NCBI GenBank assembly: GCA_000004985.1
Contig: GG738873.1
Reading direction: 5' to 3' (one strand)
DNA: 64,000 bases
Source of the DNA: Naegleria gruberi
Taxonomy: Eukaryota
Shown piece by piece: positions 13,501 to 24,419 of the stretch. Made by a program: the position numbers and the translations under genes. The notes below the pieces were generated by a model that was given only the letters and a program-made list of their open reading frames with translations, made no database searches and was not told the origin of the DNA. Numbering within the stretch: position 1 is the stretch's first letter; each line of letters opens with the position of its first letter.

Positions 13501-14662
13501 TAAGGACGACAGATTTGAAATTAACCAAGGTCAAACTATTAGAATTTTCGCAAGTCAAATCTTGGCCAACGATCTCGATGAATTCAATTCCACATCCACT
13601 CTTACTCTCACCAGTATTTCATGCCCAGACTCGACCTATTGTCACAAGACTCCAAGACAAGTTACTTACAATGGTTTACCAGCTGTTGAACTCGATTCTG
13701 ATTCTTCTACTTGTCAAGCTGATAAATTCAGATATGCCATGACAACTGGTATGGGTGCTGTCAGATATGCTGACGTCTATGTCGAATTTAAGAATTGTTA
13801 CTGTGCTGCCAAGATTGACTTTGTCTTTTTACTCGATTCCTCCAAGTCAATTGGTTCAACTAACTTTGATTTGATGAGAGATTTGTCCAAGAGAATTACT
13901 GGTAGAATGAAGATTGCTGACGATGCCATTAAGGTTTCCATTGTCAAATTCCACAACAATGGTACATTGGCTTTGAAACTCTCCTCTGATGGTACCTTAA
14001 TTAATAGCACACTCACAACTATGTCCTACGAGGCGGGAAGTACGGCTCAAGTGCCCGGACTCAGAGTTGCTGTTGATGCTTTGAGACCTGCCAATGGTGG
14101 TAGAGCTGATGCTGACAAGGTTATTTATATTTTAACTGATGGATTGGCAAACGTTCCATGTTCATGTACCTCTTGCAGAAATGAATGGCAAGCAAAGCCA
14201 TCAGTCTTTTACAATTCAATTCAAGTTAATATTTTAGGAAAGTACACTGGAAATACCTTGAATTCTCAATTGGACAATTTATGTGCTTACAAGTATACTG
14301 ATACTTCAGTTTTGAATGGACAAACTTGTTCATACTGTTCCTCAAGTAATTATGCCTATTGTTTACCATGTGCTGATGCTGTTCCAATTGCTTCAAAGAT
14401 TAATAGTTGGAAGCGTAATGCTAGTGGAGTTGTTCCAACTGATCTTGATAATCCTTACAATGGAAACAATGCTGTTCAATGGAAGATTGTTGCTATGGCT
14501 GTAGGTGATGCCATGTCAAATGTTTGGGGAGCCAGACAAATCCAAGGTATGAATTATGATTCCACAAGAGCTATGACTGTTTCTTGGACTGACTTGTCTT
14601 CAACTATGAGTGAAATTGTCGATCAATCTTGTAATCAAGTCACAACTACTGCTGCTGCTTAA
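7527..14662 (+). CDS. giant type II membrane protein: N-terminal signal-anchor, ~18 tandem cadherin-like/VCBS-like repeats, C-terminal vWA domain; exons 7527..7592, 7642..7668, 7711..7798, 7932..14662
   Basis: The 2224-aa ORF (7988..14662) starts at TTG and is open upstream to an acceptor at 7931. Three short upstream exons (66, 27 and 88 nt) with GTAAGT donors and CAG/TAG acceptors encode MPEILGNTTHAKHAVGFNVSLL/KGGTITQTI/IGAIITGLVVASTVATIILVSVGVGYSSP, which forms a TM helix. The body repeats ~100-aa units carrying the motifs (V)L(A/S)ND.D.(D/N)GD and Y(T/S)P..(F/Y).G.D.F.Y...DG. The C-terminus has DFVFLLDSSKSIG, a DxSxS MIDAS motif typical of vWA domains. Confidence 0.75.
8000..13500 (+). 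repeat. tandem ~300-nt coding repeats (cadherin-like/VCBS-like modules) inside the giant gene
   Basis: The motifs NDxDxDGD, APVAxDD and HW recur about every 100 residues through the ORF. Confidence 0.6.
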
Positions 14663-14859
14663 ATAAATAATATGCAATAGCTTTTGATAATATCAAGTGT
14701 GTGGGAACAAAATTGTTTGTGATAGAGCATTGAGTTAATGCCTATTTTCTTCACTCCAGGATTTTCCTTTTTAAGTTTGGCAAAAATTTTCAAACTCTTC
14801 CAAGCTGCAAGAAGAAAAGATTGAAAGATTGTGTTGGAATGAGACACTTTATTTAGCAA

Positions 14860-16987
14860 TTACCACCAATCAGCAGTGAAAGAACGAGATTCTGGATGAC
14901 CAAATGGACAACCTGTTCCATCTCCATTTCCATCACCTTCATCATCACATTCTCCAAAAACTCCCATATCATCATCGTCTTCACTCTTCAATCCACTGTA
15001 TTTTCTATTTTCCTCTGGTGTAATGGCATGATAATTGGCATTTTGAGGAGATTTGAATGAACGTAACCAAAATGCACGATCGAAACTCTTCAATAACATG
15101 TAATCCTCCTCGTACTTTTCTTGGAAATCTGGAATCTTTGAGAGAATTGTACAAACTAGAATATCCAATTGTTTGTGAGTGTAGAATGTAATCTTCTTTT
15201 CCTTAATTCCAACCAATTCTCTAATATCATCAGGAACTCTCCATCTAATATTACACAAACCCTTAGTTCTCAATTTTTCCACATAGTGTTGCATGGATCC
15301 TGAAAAGTTCATCTTGATACCAAGAGCTTTACAAATATCATCAACGAAATGTTGACAATTGGATGAGTGTTGAGAATAGGCACGATGCACATTCCATTCG
15401 GAAATGACCTGACTAACCTTTTCAATAGCAACATCCAAATTCTTTGTGGAAATTTCCTGTATATCAATGGCAAGTGTTGCTGCATTACTATAACAACGAC
15501 GAGGAATACACAATGAACTACTATTCCACTCAATCAACCATGGTCTAATATTAAATTATATTGGAAATTAAAAAATTATTGGAAATTACTATTAAATAAG
15601 AACATACCCTAAAATTACACCAGAGTGGAATAAACCAAATTGAGGAGACATGGAAACTGAACTCATAATTGGAGAGAGTAATCTTCTCATAGTTCTCTCC
15701 TTCTTATTTTTGGCAATTTCAGCAATTACCAACTTGACCTTGATGGTATCTCTGAAACGAGTGGCAAGTTTCTTACTCAATTCCTCAGCTTCTTCAATGT
15801 CGGAAGGAAGTTTATCAAGAGAGGCTGAATCAGTCATACCAATCAATGATTTGGATTCTGATTTGGAATTTAAAGAAAATCCCTTAGATCCATGTTGTGA
15901 AATATTTCTCATTGAACTAAATAATTTCTTGATAGCATTAAATTCCTTGTTGAGATAGGCCTTTTTAAGACCTTCAATAGTACACAAATTCTCTGCATAT
16001 TCCTTCAAGTCGTCATCGCTCATATTTTGAACCTTCTTTGATGATTGTCTGATTTTACCAATGATAACTCCCAATTGTTCTTGATGAGTTAGCAATGGAA
16101 AAGAACTATCGGATGATTGACCTGATTGTGAAATAATATCAGAAACAGTTGTTGAACTTCTATCAATTGGATCAACATATCTATATCCATTACCATAAAT
16201 ATCTTGTGAAATTTTTGTAAGAGTTTCAAAAAGCTCAGCACGTAAACCATCTGAATAAACAGGTCTCAATTTATCAAAAACATAATCTCCATAATCGGAT
16301 GGTTTTGTAATATTAATGAAAATTTGACCATCAATTTTGTGTGAAAGGAATGTTTCTTCATGTTCCTTTGACCAAGCTCCAATTCCCAAATTTTCATCTT
16401 TCAATTTTACAATACGAGAATCGTTTCTAATAAGTGAGACAACTTCGTGAGCTGTTAATGTTCTGACATCACGATTTCTAATCATACCAGAATCAATAAC
16501 AGTTGCTTTACTCACAAAACTACTTGATTTACCACTCAATTTATCATTTTTCTGTCTTTCACTTTCAAAATTAACACTTTCCATATTAAATACTAAACAG
16601 TAGTAGAATTAGAAAATAAATTATTAGAAAGTACAATTAAAACTCACCAAATGCGTTATCTTTTAAATGATTAATAGCAGAGTATAATTTTCTCAAGTGA
16701 CCAAAAGCAAATACAAAATTCGAAACCCAATTTTTCAAATCTTGTTCGGACGAAATTCCACCAATTTTATTCTTCAACAGAGATCCATCAGTTATTCCAC
16801 ATTCTACAAAATCAATATAGTATTCTGATAATCCGTTTAATGATAACCATGTTTGAATGTCCTTTTTGTTCCAATCTTGAACGCGATCTTTATATTTCGT
16901 TTAAAATATTCGAAATAATGTGATGATGTTGGTAAATATTTTGTTATTATTACTTGTTGAATACATACCAGATTTGAGTGGTTTCAT
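14860..16987 (-). CDS. SAM-domain protein; minus-strand exons 16987..16969, 16887..16648, 16592..15608, 15544..14860
   Basis: ORFs 15592..16584 and 14860..15537 join across a 63-nt GTATGT..TAG intron (15545..15607). Two upstream exons (19 nt MKPLKSG; 240 nt) read in frame through GTATGT/GTGAGT introns. The 240-nt exon encodes a SAM-like fold: DRVQDWNKKDIQTWLSLNGLSEYYIDFVECGITDGSLLKNKIGGISSEQDLKNW. Confidence 0.7.
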
Positions 16988-17317
16988 AGTGTTGATGTTT
17001 TGTTGTTTTTTTGTGTGATAAGTTGTCTACAAACAAATAAACAGATGTTTGACACATTCTGCTACATTTATACACTTTTAATGGAATCTGGGTGAAACTG
17101 CTGAAGAAACACTAACAAAGATCTAAGGTAAATAACACTTCATTGTTAAATGTGTTTTTACTTGTGAAAAGTAATTGCGCCTAGAGTGGGAGTATTCAAA
17201 TAAAATACTTTGTCATTTTTCAATATTGTACATATCTACAATTGTTTTGTGTTGATCTCATTATTCCATAACGAAATCAAACTGCTACTAGATAGTTAAA
17301 TCTGTTAGGAGTGGTTA

Positions 17318-19399
17318 TCAGTTATTATCTGAATCATAATCTTCACTATCATCCTCCGAGTACTCATATTCTTGATTTCTCTTATCTAACCTTGACTCAT
17401 TCAAGCTCATCTCGGCAAGTGACCTTTCAAGGTTATTAATTGTCTTTTTGAGCTTGTTAACTTCAACTTCTCTGTGTTCCAATTCTTCTTTGTGAGATCG
17501 TTCGCTCTTTCTCTTCTCCTTCAAGTATTGAATTTTAAATGATTCAAATCTTTCTTCAATCATCTTTTCCAATTCTCTTTGATGTTGTTTTACAATTTTG
17601 CTTAGCTCTAGATCGGATTGGTGTGAAGCTTCTTGTTCATCGTATGGAACTGTAAAACTAGATACTGGTGTTGGAGCCCTTGCTGATGAGGTATCCTTAA
17701 GTGTTGTAAATCCGGTTGAACTTGGTGGTCTGAAACTTGTGCCAGACTTTTGTGATTTACTTGTCTCGAATAGTTTCATTTGAAGTTGAACCAATTCGTT
17801 GAGATAGTTAGATCGTTGTTCATCTAAAAGCTTATCTCTTCTGGACACTTGCTCTTTAATAATGTCCATTTCTGCAGATCTTCTGGACATTTCAATTTTG
17901 AGCGTATCAATTTCCTCTTGTTGAATCAAATTCACACCTTCCAAGTGATTAATTTTTTCCAAAAGGAAGAGATTTTCAGACTTTAAATCATGAAGCATCA
18001 TTTCCAGATTCTTATTGGTCTGTTTCATTGTCTTGACTCCCTTAGCGATTCTGTCATTCGATGTTGACAAGCTTCCAATAAAGTCCTTCAAAATATTATC
18101 AATAGTTTTCTTTGCAATGTCTTCTATTTCCAAAGATATTTCCGAATCCAATTTAACTACTAAGGAATGTTGAGGGCTATTTGTTGAAGTTGCTCTCCTC
18201 AATTCCAATAAAGCCTTGTGTAGAACAACCATTGAAGGATTTCCTCCAAACTTGGGGACTGATCTCAAATAAACCTCAGGAATCTTCTCTTGAGCCAAAG
18301 TTTTAACTACAGAAATAAATCCTCTAATGAGAGATTCTCTACATTTGGCTTGTTCTGATTGAAGATTTTTATCGAAAAAGGTAATACCTAGAGTAAGGTC
18401 GTTAACTCTATCATCAAACTTTCCCTTAATTTCATCCAATTGCTTGATAATTTCACTAAAATGTTCAAATCTAACCTTTCCAGCATATAAATCCTCGTCT
18501 TGGAATTGGAAACTTCCCATATGTCTTACCATTGGAGTTGAGAGGTTTGGCAGAGAATCTCTTGTTCCGTTATTATCTCCACTGTAAGGTGTTTCAGCAC
18601 CCAATCTACTATCCTCAAAAGAATTTCCTACAGCTTTTGGCAATCCTTGAACATTTGGAGAAAGTAAATTAACTTGAGAATTCGTCTTGGACCTTACAGA
18701 GTTATTCACCGATACTTCAGAAGCAAATGAATCATTGGCAGTGCTAATCGAATTACCACTGTCATCCAGATTTTGTCTCGAATGAATACTATCTTCAAAT
18801 TCTACACTACCCTTTGATGGATTTCTTAATAATTTTGATGGAACAGTTAGAGATTGATTTACAATTGTAGATTCAGATCCACGATATGAATTTTGAATAT
18901 CAGAGTTATTATTATCATACTGATTACTTGTTGTTGGTGTTATGGAAATTTCGCTGTTATCAATTCCAGAATAAGATCTTCCAGAAGAATGTACAAGTCT
19001 AGCATCCGATTCAATAGTTAAGGATCCCTTAGAAGAACTATTCTGCGTTCTCCTCACGAGAGGTTGAGCTGTACTGGATCTTGATTGAGATGAAGATACA
19101 CTACTACCTGTACTTGCTGCTCGTTGTTGAAGCTGTTGTCGATAGGCCATTGAACGTGGCTTTATATTCTGATGACGTGCACTGTTTGAAACTGGTGTTA
19201 TTGTTCTACTCATTGATGAGCTATTACTTGGAGATAAGGCAACATGTTCATCATGATTATCAGCATCATTGCTATGATCTAAAATTTCCAATCCATTGTT
19301 AGAAAACCCTTCCGAACTCCAATTAGGCCTTCTGATTGGTGTTGAAGGGGATTTCATTGCTTGCATTTTTTTCTCTTCTTCCTTAGTTTTTAACGACAT
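17318..19399 (-). CDS. Ser-rich N-terminus / coiled-coil C-terminus protein (693 aa)
   Basis: Single long ORF starting at an ATG (19397-19399). It is low-complexity Ser/Asn-rich and then has heptad-like, charged segments. Confidence 0.65.
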   Translation of the reverse strand: MSLKTKEEEKKMQAMKSPSTPIRRPNWSSEGFSNNGLEILDHSNDADNHDEHVALSPSNSSSMSRTITPVSNSARHQNIKPRSMAYRQQLQQRAASTGSSVSSSQSRSSTAQPLVRRTQNSSSKGSLTIESDARLVHSSGRSYSGIDNSEISITPTTSNQYDNNNSDIQNSYRGSESTIVNQSLTVPSKLLRNPSKGSVEFEDSIHSRQNLDDSGNSISTANDSFASEVSVNNSVRSKTNSQVNLLSPNVQGLPKAVGNSFEDSRLGAETPYSGDNNGTRDSLPNLSTPMVRHMGSFQFQDEDLYAGKVRFEHFSEIIKQLDEIKGKFDDRVNDLTLGITFFDKNLQSEQAKCRESLIRGFISVVKTLAQEKIPEVYLRSVPKFGGNPSMVVLHKALLELRRATSTNSPQHSLVVKLDSEISLEIEDIAKKTIDNILKDFIGSLSTSNDRIAKGVKTMKQTNKNLEMMLHDLKSENLFLLEKINHLEGVNLIQQEEIDTLKIEMSRRSAEMDIIKEQVSRRDKLLDEQRSNYLNELVQLQMKLFETSKSQKSGTSFRPPSSTGFTTLKDTSSARAPTPVSSFTVPYDEQEASHQSDLELSKIVKQHQRELEKMIEERFESFKIQYLKEKRKSERSHKEELEHREVEVNKLKKTINNLERSLAEMSLNESRLDKRNQEYEYSEDDSEDYDSDNN

Positions 19400-19756
19400 C
19401 GTAGTTGATTTAATAACGGAAAGTTATTTGTTCAAAACTTGATGGCGGGCAATATAAAGTAAATCATGATATGAACCTCATATCATTTTCTATGTAGATG
19501 TATATTGATCAGCTAGTTTCTTTCTTGTTGCTAAATAAGCTGATGATACAATGTATTTGTTGTATGTATCAATTTACTTCATCATCATAAAAATTAATAT
19601 AAATTCCTGCCATTCATCCTTGTTAATAAAATCCTCTTCATCATAATTTGCTTTTTAATATATTTTGTTTTATTGATGTGTGTTCTTGCCGACCTCGTAA
19701 AGTCAATTCAAAATTCCATTGTACAAGTTTTTACTACTAGAGTGTTCCGCTTCTAT

Positions 19757-20064
19757 TTAATGATGGCTCGATTGTGTTGTTTCCTTTGGTTCGGTTGTTT
19801 TGAATCTGTTTGAATAAGTATCCTTTTGTTCGAGTAATTTCTTTTCAACCTTCTTGTGCCATTCAGACTATTTAAAAAAGACAATTAATAAATAGAAGAA
19901 AATCATCATCATACCTCTTTAAAATGGTGCAAACATTCCACATAATCTTCCAAATTAGCACTACAGGCCTTTGGTTGTTCATTGTGATACATGCAGCTTC
20001 TGTAATCCATCCAGAGACCGTAACATCTTCCGTTCTTGCTTCTAACACCGTAACCTGATGACAT
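19757..20064 (-). CDS. ndufs5: complex I NDUFS5-like twin Cx9C protein; minus-strand exons 20064..19915 and 19867..19757
   Basis: The exon 1 peptide MSSGYGVRSKNGRCYGLWMDYRSCMYHNEQPKACSANLEDYVECLHHFKE has two C-x9-C pairs and matches NDUFS5 (GRCHAFEKEWIEC...CKIEYDDFVEC). It ends at a GTATGA donor; a 47-nt intron leads to an exon ending in TAA. It is not in the ORF track because both exons are under 60 aa. Confidence 0.65.
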
Positions 20065-20326
20065 TTTTTATTTTAAAAAAATATTTTTTAAATAAAATTA
20101 AAGAGAACAATACTCCCAACAAGTGAACGATAAGATAAAAAGGAAGTTGAAATTTGAGTCAATTGACTCAGTGATATTAAGATATTCTCTCATCATGAAA
20201 TTTATTCTATTGTCAGTGAATGAGTAGAAAAAAAAAGCTCTTCTTTTCATTGAACCAATTTCAATTTGGTTCAATAAGCTATGAAATCAATATTCACAGA
20301 GTCACAACAAGTGACTGCATTTTGCA

Positions 20327-22007
20327 TTATTCTCGTGGTATTTTAATACGTTCTGTAACTCTTCCAAACAGATTTACAAATGAAAGTTCCATAATATTCG
20401 AAGATAATCTTATATAGATAAATCCAGATTCTTGTTGGAATTTCTTCAAGTATGGATGGTGGTTTGAAACATCAAAGCGAACAGCTGATCCAGCTCCAGA
20501 AATGAAATGGTTAAGAGTGTCGTATGGTTTCAAGTATTGAATACTGTGGTCATGTCCTGAAAAATAATATCTAATATCATTCTTCCTAAGGAATGGAAGT
20601 AAATGTTCAATGAGATTTTCATTGTCTCCGTGTGTGGATGCTGAATAGAATGGATGATGTCCAATTGCAATCTTCCACAATGGAATATCACTTTTCTTAT
20701 CATCGGTGGCAAATTCATTCACATTCTTTCTCAAAATATTTGTTCTCGATCTTTCAGAGTTGATGAAATATGAAATGGCATCCTCTTCTCCACTCTCAAT
20801 GTTCTCGTCTAATTGTTTCATAACAGTTTCCATGTACTTTTTTTGAGCTCGAATATCTCTGGTTTTGTGGAGGGCTTCCTTATTCATTTTAGGATGAGTA
20901 TAATACTTGTGAATGAATGGATTAGTATCGAAAAACAAAAATTGAACTCTAAAATCAAAATTTCCAACTAGATTTCCAATAGTGTCAGTTCCATCTTTGG
21001 AAAGAAGTTGAATTCTCTTCTCTGGGAAGTACATTGTCTCTGAAAAATACTCTGATGCAATATATAAACGTTTGGATGAAGAAGGGTGATTGGTATATTC
21101 GATTTGAGCTGCTGGATTGGATCTATAATCTAAATTATTTAATAATATTAATCCAATTATTATAAAAATTATTGAAATTCCACATACCATGATTTCCCAA
21201 AACAGATAAGAATGGAATTTTTTGCAAACTTTCATGTTTGTACACATTTTCAAAACTCTCCTTAAACAAAGGATCATCTACAGATTTTACACCCTCTATT
21301 ATTATTATTAATATTGAAATAATTAAATTTCCACTCCAAACAGTAAACTTACCTTGATAGAAATTATCTCCAGTTGAAATAGCAAAATCACATCCAAAAT
21401 TTTGACAATAATATCCCATCTGCTCTGCAACATGTGACTGATTGAATGCTCCCTTTCTTCCCCAATCCCCAAATACTATAAACTTTAAAAACTTTTCATC
21501 AGATTTTGAAGAATACTTCAAATGCCAATCATTCTTATCATTACTCGAAACAACAGAATAAATTCCAATCTTGAATTGATCCATCTCTTCATCAGTCAAT
21601 ACAAAAAACACAACACTCATCAAAATAATGGTCGACAATATTATCAACAAGGAACAAATCAAACACATGGAAAAATAGGGCGAATTTCTAATAATTCCAA
21701 ATTGTGAAAGTTTTTGATGTTTCTGTTGCCACATTGACAAGAATCCAGAATCTTTCTTACTATCCGAATATGAAGAATAGGATGATGGTAATGTTGATGA
21801 AAATTGGAAAGTAGATGTTACAGTACTCGGATCAGATGAATATTCCCCACCACCACTATTACCCTGTCCACTATTCGATGCTCGGAACATTCCACCACCA
21901 ACACTATCGACACCTACTCCTCCTCCAGCACCTCCAGCACCAGCACCTCGAAATGATAATAAATTATTGCTCGAGAAGGTTTTTCTATTGTTGAGGAGGT
22001 GAGCCAT
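20327..22007 (-). CDS. acp5: purple acid phosphatase (tartrate-resistant acid phosphatase type 5-like), membrane-anchored; minus-strand exons 22007..21188 and 21129..20327
   Basis: It has the metallophosphatase motifs GDWG, GDNFY, GNH|D (split by a 58-nt GTATGT..TTTAG intron at 21130..21187), GHHP and GHDH. There is an N-terminal Gly-rich region and a TM segment. Confidence 0.85.
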
Positions 22008-22328
22008 TTTTTTTGGTAATGAAATTGATTTAAAATTGGCAAGTCAGTGATAAATTATAAATTGGTGGAACACGTGTCATTGATGAAGATTGTGTGAAAT
22101 TGGGAAATGTTTTCAGAGGAAAATGAAAAGGATGGAAACAACACAGTTTATTATCACTTTGAGAGCTCAAAAAGATCACCACTCTTTCGAAATTGAGGAT
22201 GATGATAATATTATAGAAAATTTCTCTGTTGCACACAATACTTTCCAACTCCTTTAATATCTTAATATTTTTTTGTAATTTAGTATTAAACATTTTATTA
22301 AACATTTAATTTTCATTTACAAAAAAAA
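22008..22328. promoter_or_regulatory. bidirectional intergenic/promoter region between divergent acp5-like (-) and U-box (+) genes
   Basis: 321-nt AT-rich spacer flanked by divergent start codons. Confidence 0.3.
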
Positions 22329-24401
22329 ATGCCATTCTTTGAAGACTTTCTCACCACTCCAGCACGATCAAATAATACCAATCATCAACCAAAGAAAAAA
22401 CCCACATCCACTAATAACAAACAACAACAACAAAATACATCAACAACACAAATGGTCGATGATGTTGTAGAAGTAAATTCCGATGATTCCGATGCCATTG
22501 TTTCATCACCCTCCACTGCAACTCATAAACGAAGGATTCCCAAAGTATTAAATCATACCAAACCCATTGTTGTTATTGATGATAAAGATGAGAGGAGTAG
22601 CAGTGGTGCTGCTGCAATTGTTATTGAAATTGATGATATGACAAAGCCTAAGGTGAAGAGAGAACGTTCGGATGATGTGGTTTTTGTATCATCAAAGAAA
22701 GTGGTGGTGCAATCGACTTTATCGGAGCCTTCAATTGTTGCATCTTATAATAATAATGGAAGCAATAATAGTAATAATATGAATAATATGAATAATATGA
22801 ATAATAGTAGTAGTACTTTATCAAATTCGACAACTACAATGGGCAGTACTGTTGCAGCAATGACACAAGAAAAATCACAATCTAATAATTCATCGATTAA
22901 TAGTGGAGAAAAGAGCAATCATTCCTCTAATAATTTGGAAAGTAATAATTCGAGCCAGTTTTCACAAGTTTCAACGAGTGCTAATAGTGCTATTACTACT
23001 ACTGTCCAGACTACACCAATAGGAAACAATAATTCCAGTAATGGCGTGGCAGTTGTAGGTTCGCCCGATGTCATTGCCAAATTACCAAAACCTAAAATTG
23101 AGGAAAATTCAATAATACCATCATTACAGCAAGCTAATCCTATTGTGAATAATCAACAACAAATGGGAAATGTCAATGCAGATATGAGAAATAATTCGAA
23201 CCCCTCTATAACAAGTGGAAATAATCAAACATCACAACAGAAAGATAACCTCAATCAAGTGACTTTAAAAATTCCAAATAATTCCACACAATCTGTTAGA
23301 ACAGTGAGCCTAACTTCTTCAAACATTCCTCCTCAACAACAGCAAAATATTGCAAAACCAAAAGAAACTATCCCAACAGTACCAACTCCACCTTCTCCAA
23401 TTTTCCAACCCAACCAAAATCCTGTAAATACCAGAATACCAAGCCCTGCTAGCAATGTAACAAATCCTACCAATCAAATTAACAGACCTGTAAATAATAA
23501 TTTAACTATCGAACAACTCACGCAACAAACTCTAATCACAATTGAAAATTTGAAAAGGAGAGTTGAGTTTAGTACTGTGTCATGCCCTGTAACACGAAAA
23601 ATCGTTACTAATCCAGTTTTGGCTAGTGATGGAATTGTATATGATAGAACGTTCATTCTGTCCTACATTTCTGAGCATGGAAGTTATAGCCCTATAGTGA
23701 AAGGATGTAAAATAACTGAGTCTTCTCTCATTAATGTTGATAGCATATATGCAAAGGCTGTATTAATGATTGAGTGTAGAATTTCAAAAATAATTGAAAT
23801 ACTTCAAAGCCCTGATTTTTTAAAGCTAGCTCCCTTAATACCGGAAAATTATTTGGATTTGATTAAGTTTGCTTTGGATTTAATGGCAGAAGGGAAACTA
23901 AATACACCTTCCACACCAAAATTTATTGAATTTTTAAGAAAGAACAAAGCCAAGTTACTATCTCATTACAGTTCCAAGTTGAAACAACAAGGGAGAAACG
24001 ATCAATCGTTGTACATACTTATGGAAAGTTATGAAATGCACAAAATTGGATGCCACTGTGACGATATTGCTTCTGTCATAGTTTCACTTTTGACTGAAAC
24101 TAAGGAACAAAATGTTGTGAATGAGGAAAAGAAAGCAGAATTGATACGAGATCTTTTTACGATTTCAAATTTGTCTCTTCCTAAATTATTGACCTATTTT
24201 AATATTGAGAAAGATTTTGCCATAATATTGGACATACTTTCAGTAATGATCAAACGAAACATGTGTAGATATGAGGCAATTTCAACTTTTATAATTCAAA
24301 CAATAACTGAGATCAATAAGGGAGAAATAGACAATCCATTTTACAAACAAATTTTGTTTTTCAGGGATCAATTAGTGATTTGCAGAAAGGAAATGGAATA
24401 A
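22329..24401 (+). CDS. U-box domain protein (putative E3 ubiquitin ligase) with long Asn/Ser/Gln-rich N-terminal region
   Basis: The U-box consensus appears at VSCPVTRKIVTNPVLASDGIVYDRTFILSYISEHG. The start context is aaaaaaaaATG. Confidence 0.75.
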   Translation: MPFFEDFLTTPARSNNTNHQPKKKPTSTNNKQQQQNTSTTQMVDDVVEVNSDDSDAIVSSPSTATHKRRIPKVLNHTKPIVVIDDKDERSSSGAAAIVIEIDDMTKPKVKRERSDDVVFVSSKKVVVQSTLSEPSIVASYNNNGSNNSNNMNNMNNMNNSSSTLSNSTTTMGSTVAAMTQEKSQSNNSSINSGEKSNHSSNNLESNNSSQFSQVSTSANSAITTTVQTTPIGNNNSSNGVAVVGSPDVIAKLPKPKIEENSIIPSLQQANPIVNNQQQMGNVNADMRNNSNPSITSGNNQTSQQKDNLNQVTLKIPNNSTQSVRTVSLTSSNIPPQQQQNIAKPKETIPTVPTPPSPIFQPNQNPVNTRIPSPASNVTNPTNQINRPVNNNLTIEQLTQQTLITIENLKRRVEFSTVSCPVTRKIVTNPVLASDGIVYDRTFILSYISEHGSYSPIVKGCKITESSLINVDSIYAKAVLMIECRISKIIEILQSPDFLKLAPLIPENYLDLIKFALDLMAEGKLNTPSTPKFIEFLRKNKAKLLSHYSSKLKQQGRNDQSLYILMESYEMHKIGCHCDDIASVIVSLLTETKEQNVVNEEKKAELIRDLFTISNLSLPKLLTYFNIEKDFAIILDILSVMIKRNMCRYEAISTFIIQTITEINKGEIDNPFYKQILFFRDQLVICRKEME

Positions 24402-24419
24402 ATTTATTTAAATTGGCAG

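Noticed and set aside
15650-15958. 102-aa plus-strand ORF
   Set aside because: It is antisense to the SAM-domain gene's main exon.
22648-22833. Tyr/Ser-rich 61-aa ORF (YYYYSYYSYY) on the minus strand
   Set aside because: It is the antisense reading of the AAT/AGT-rich coding tract of the U-box gene.
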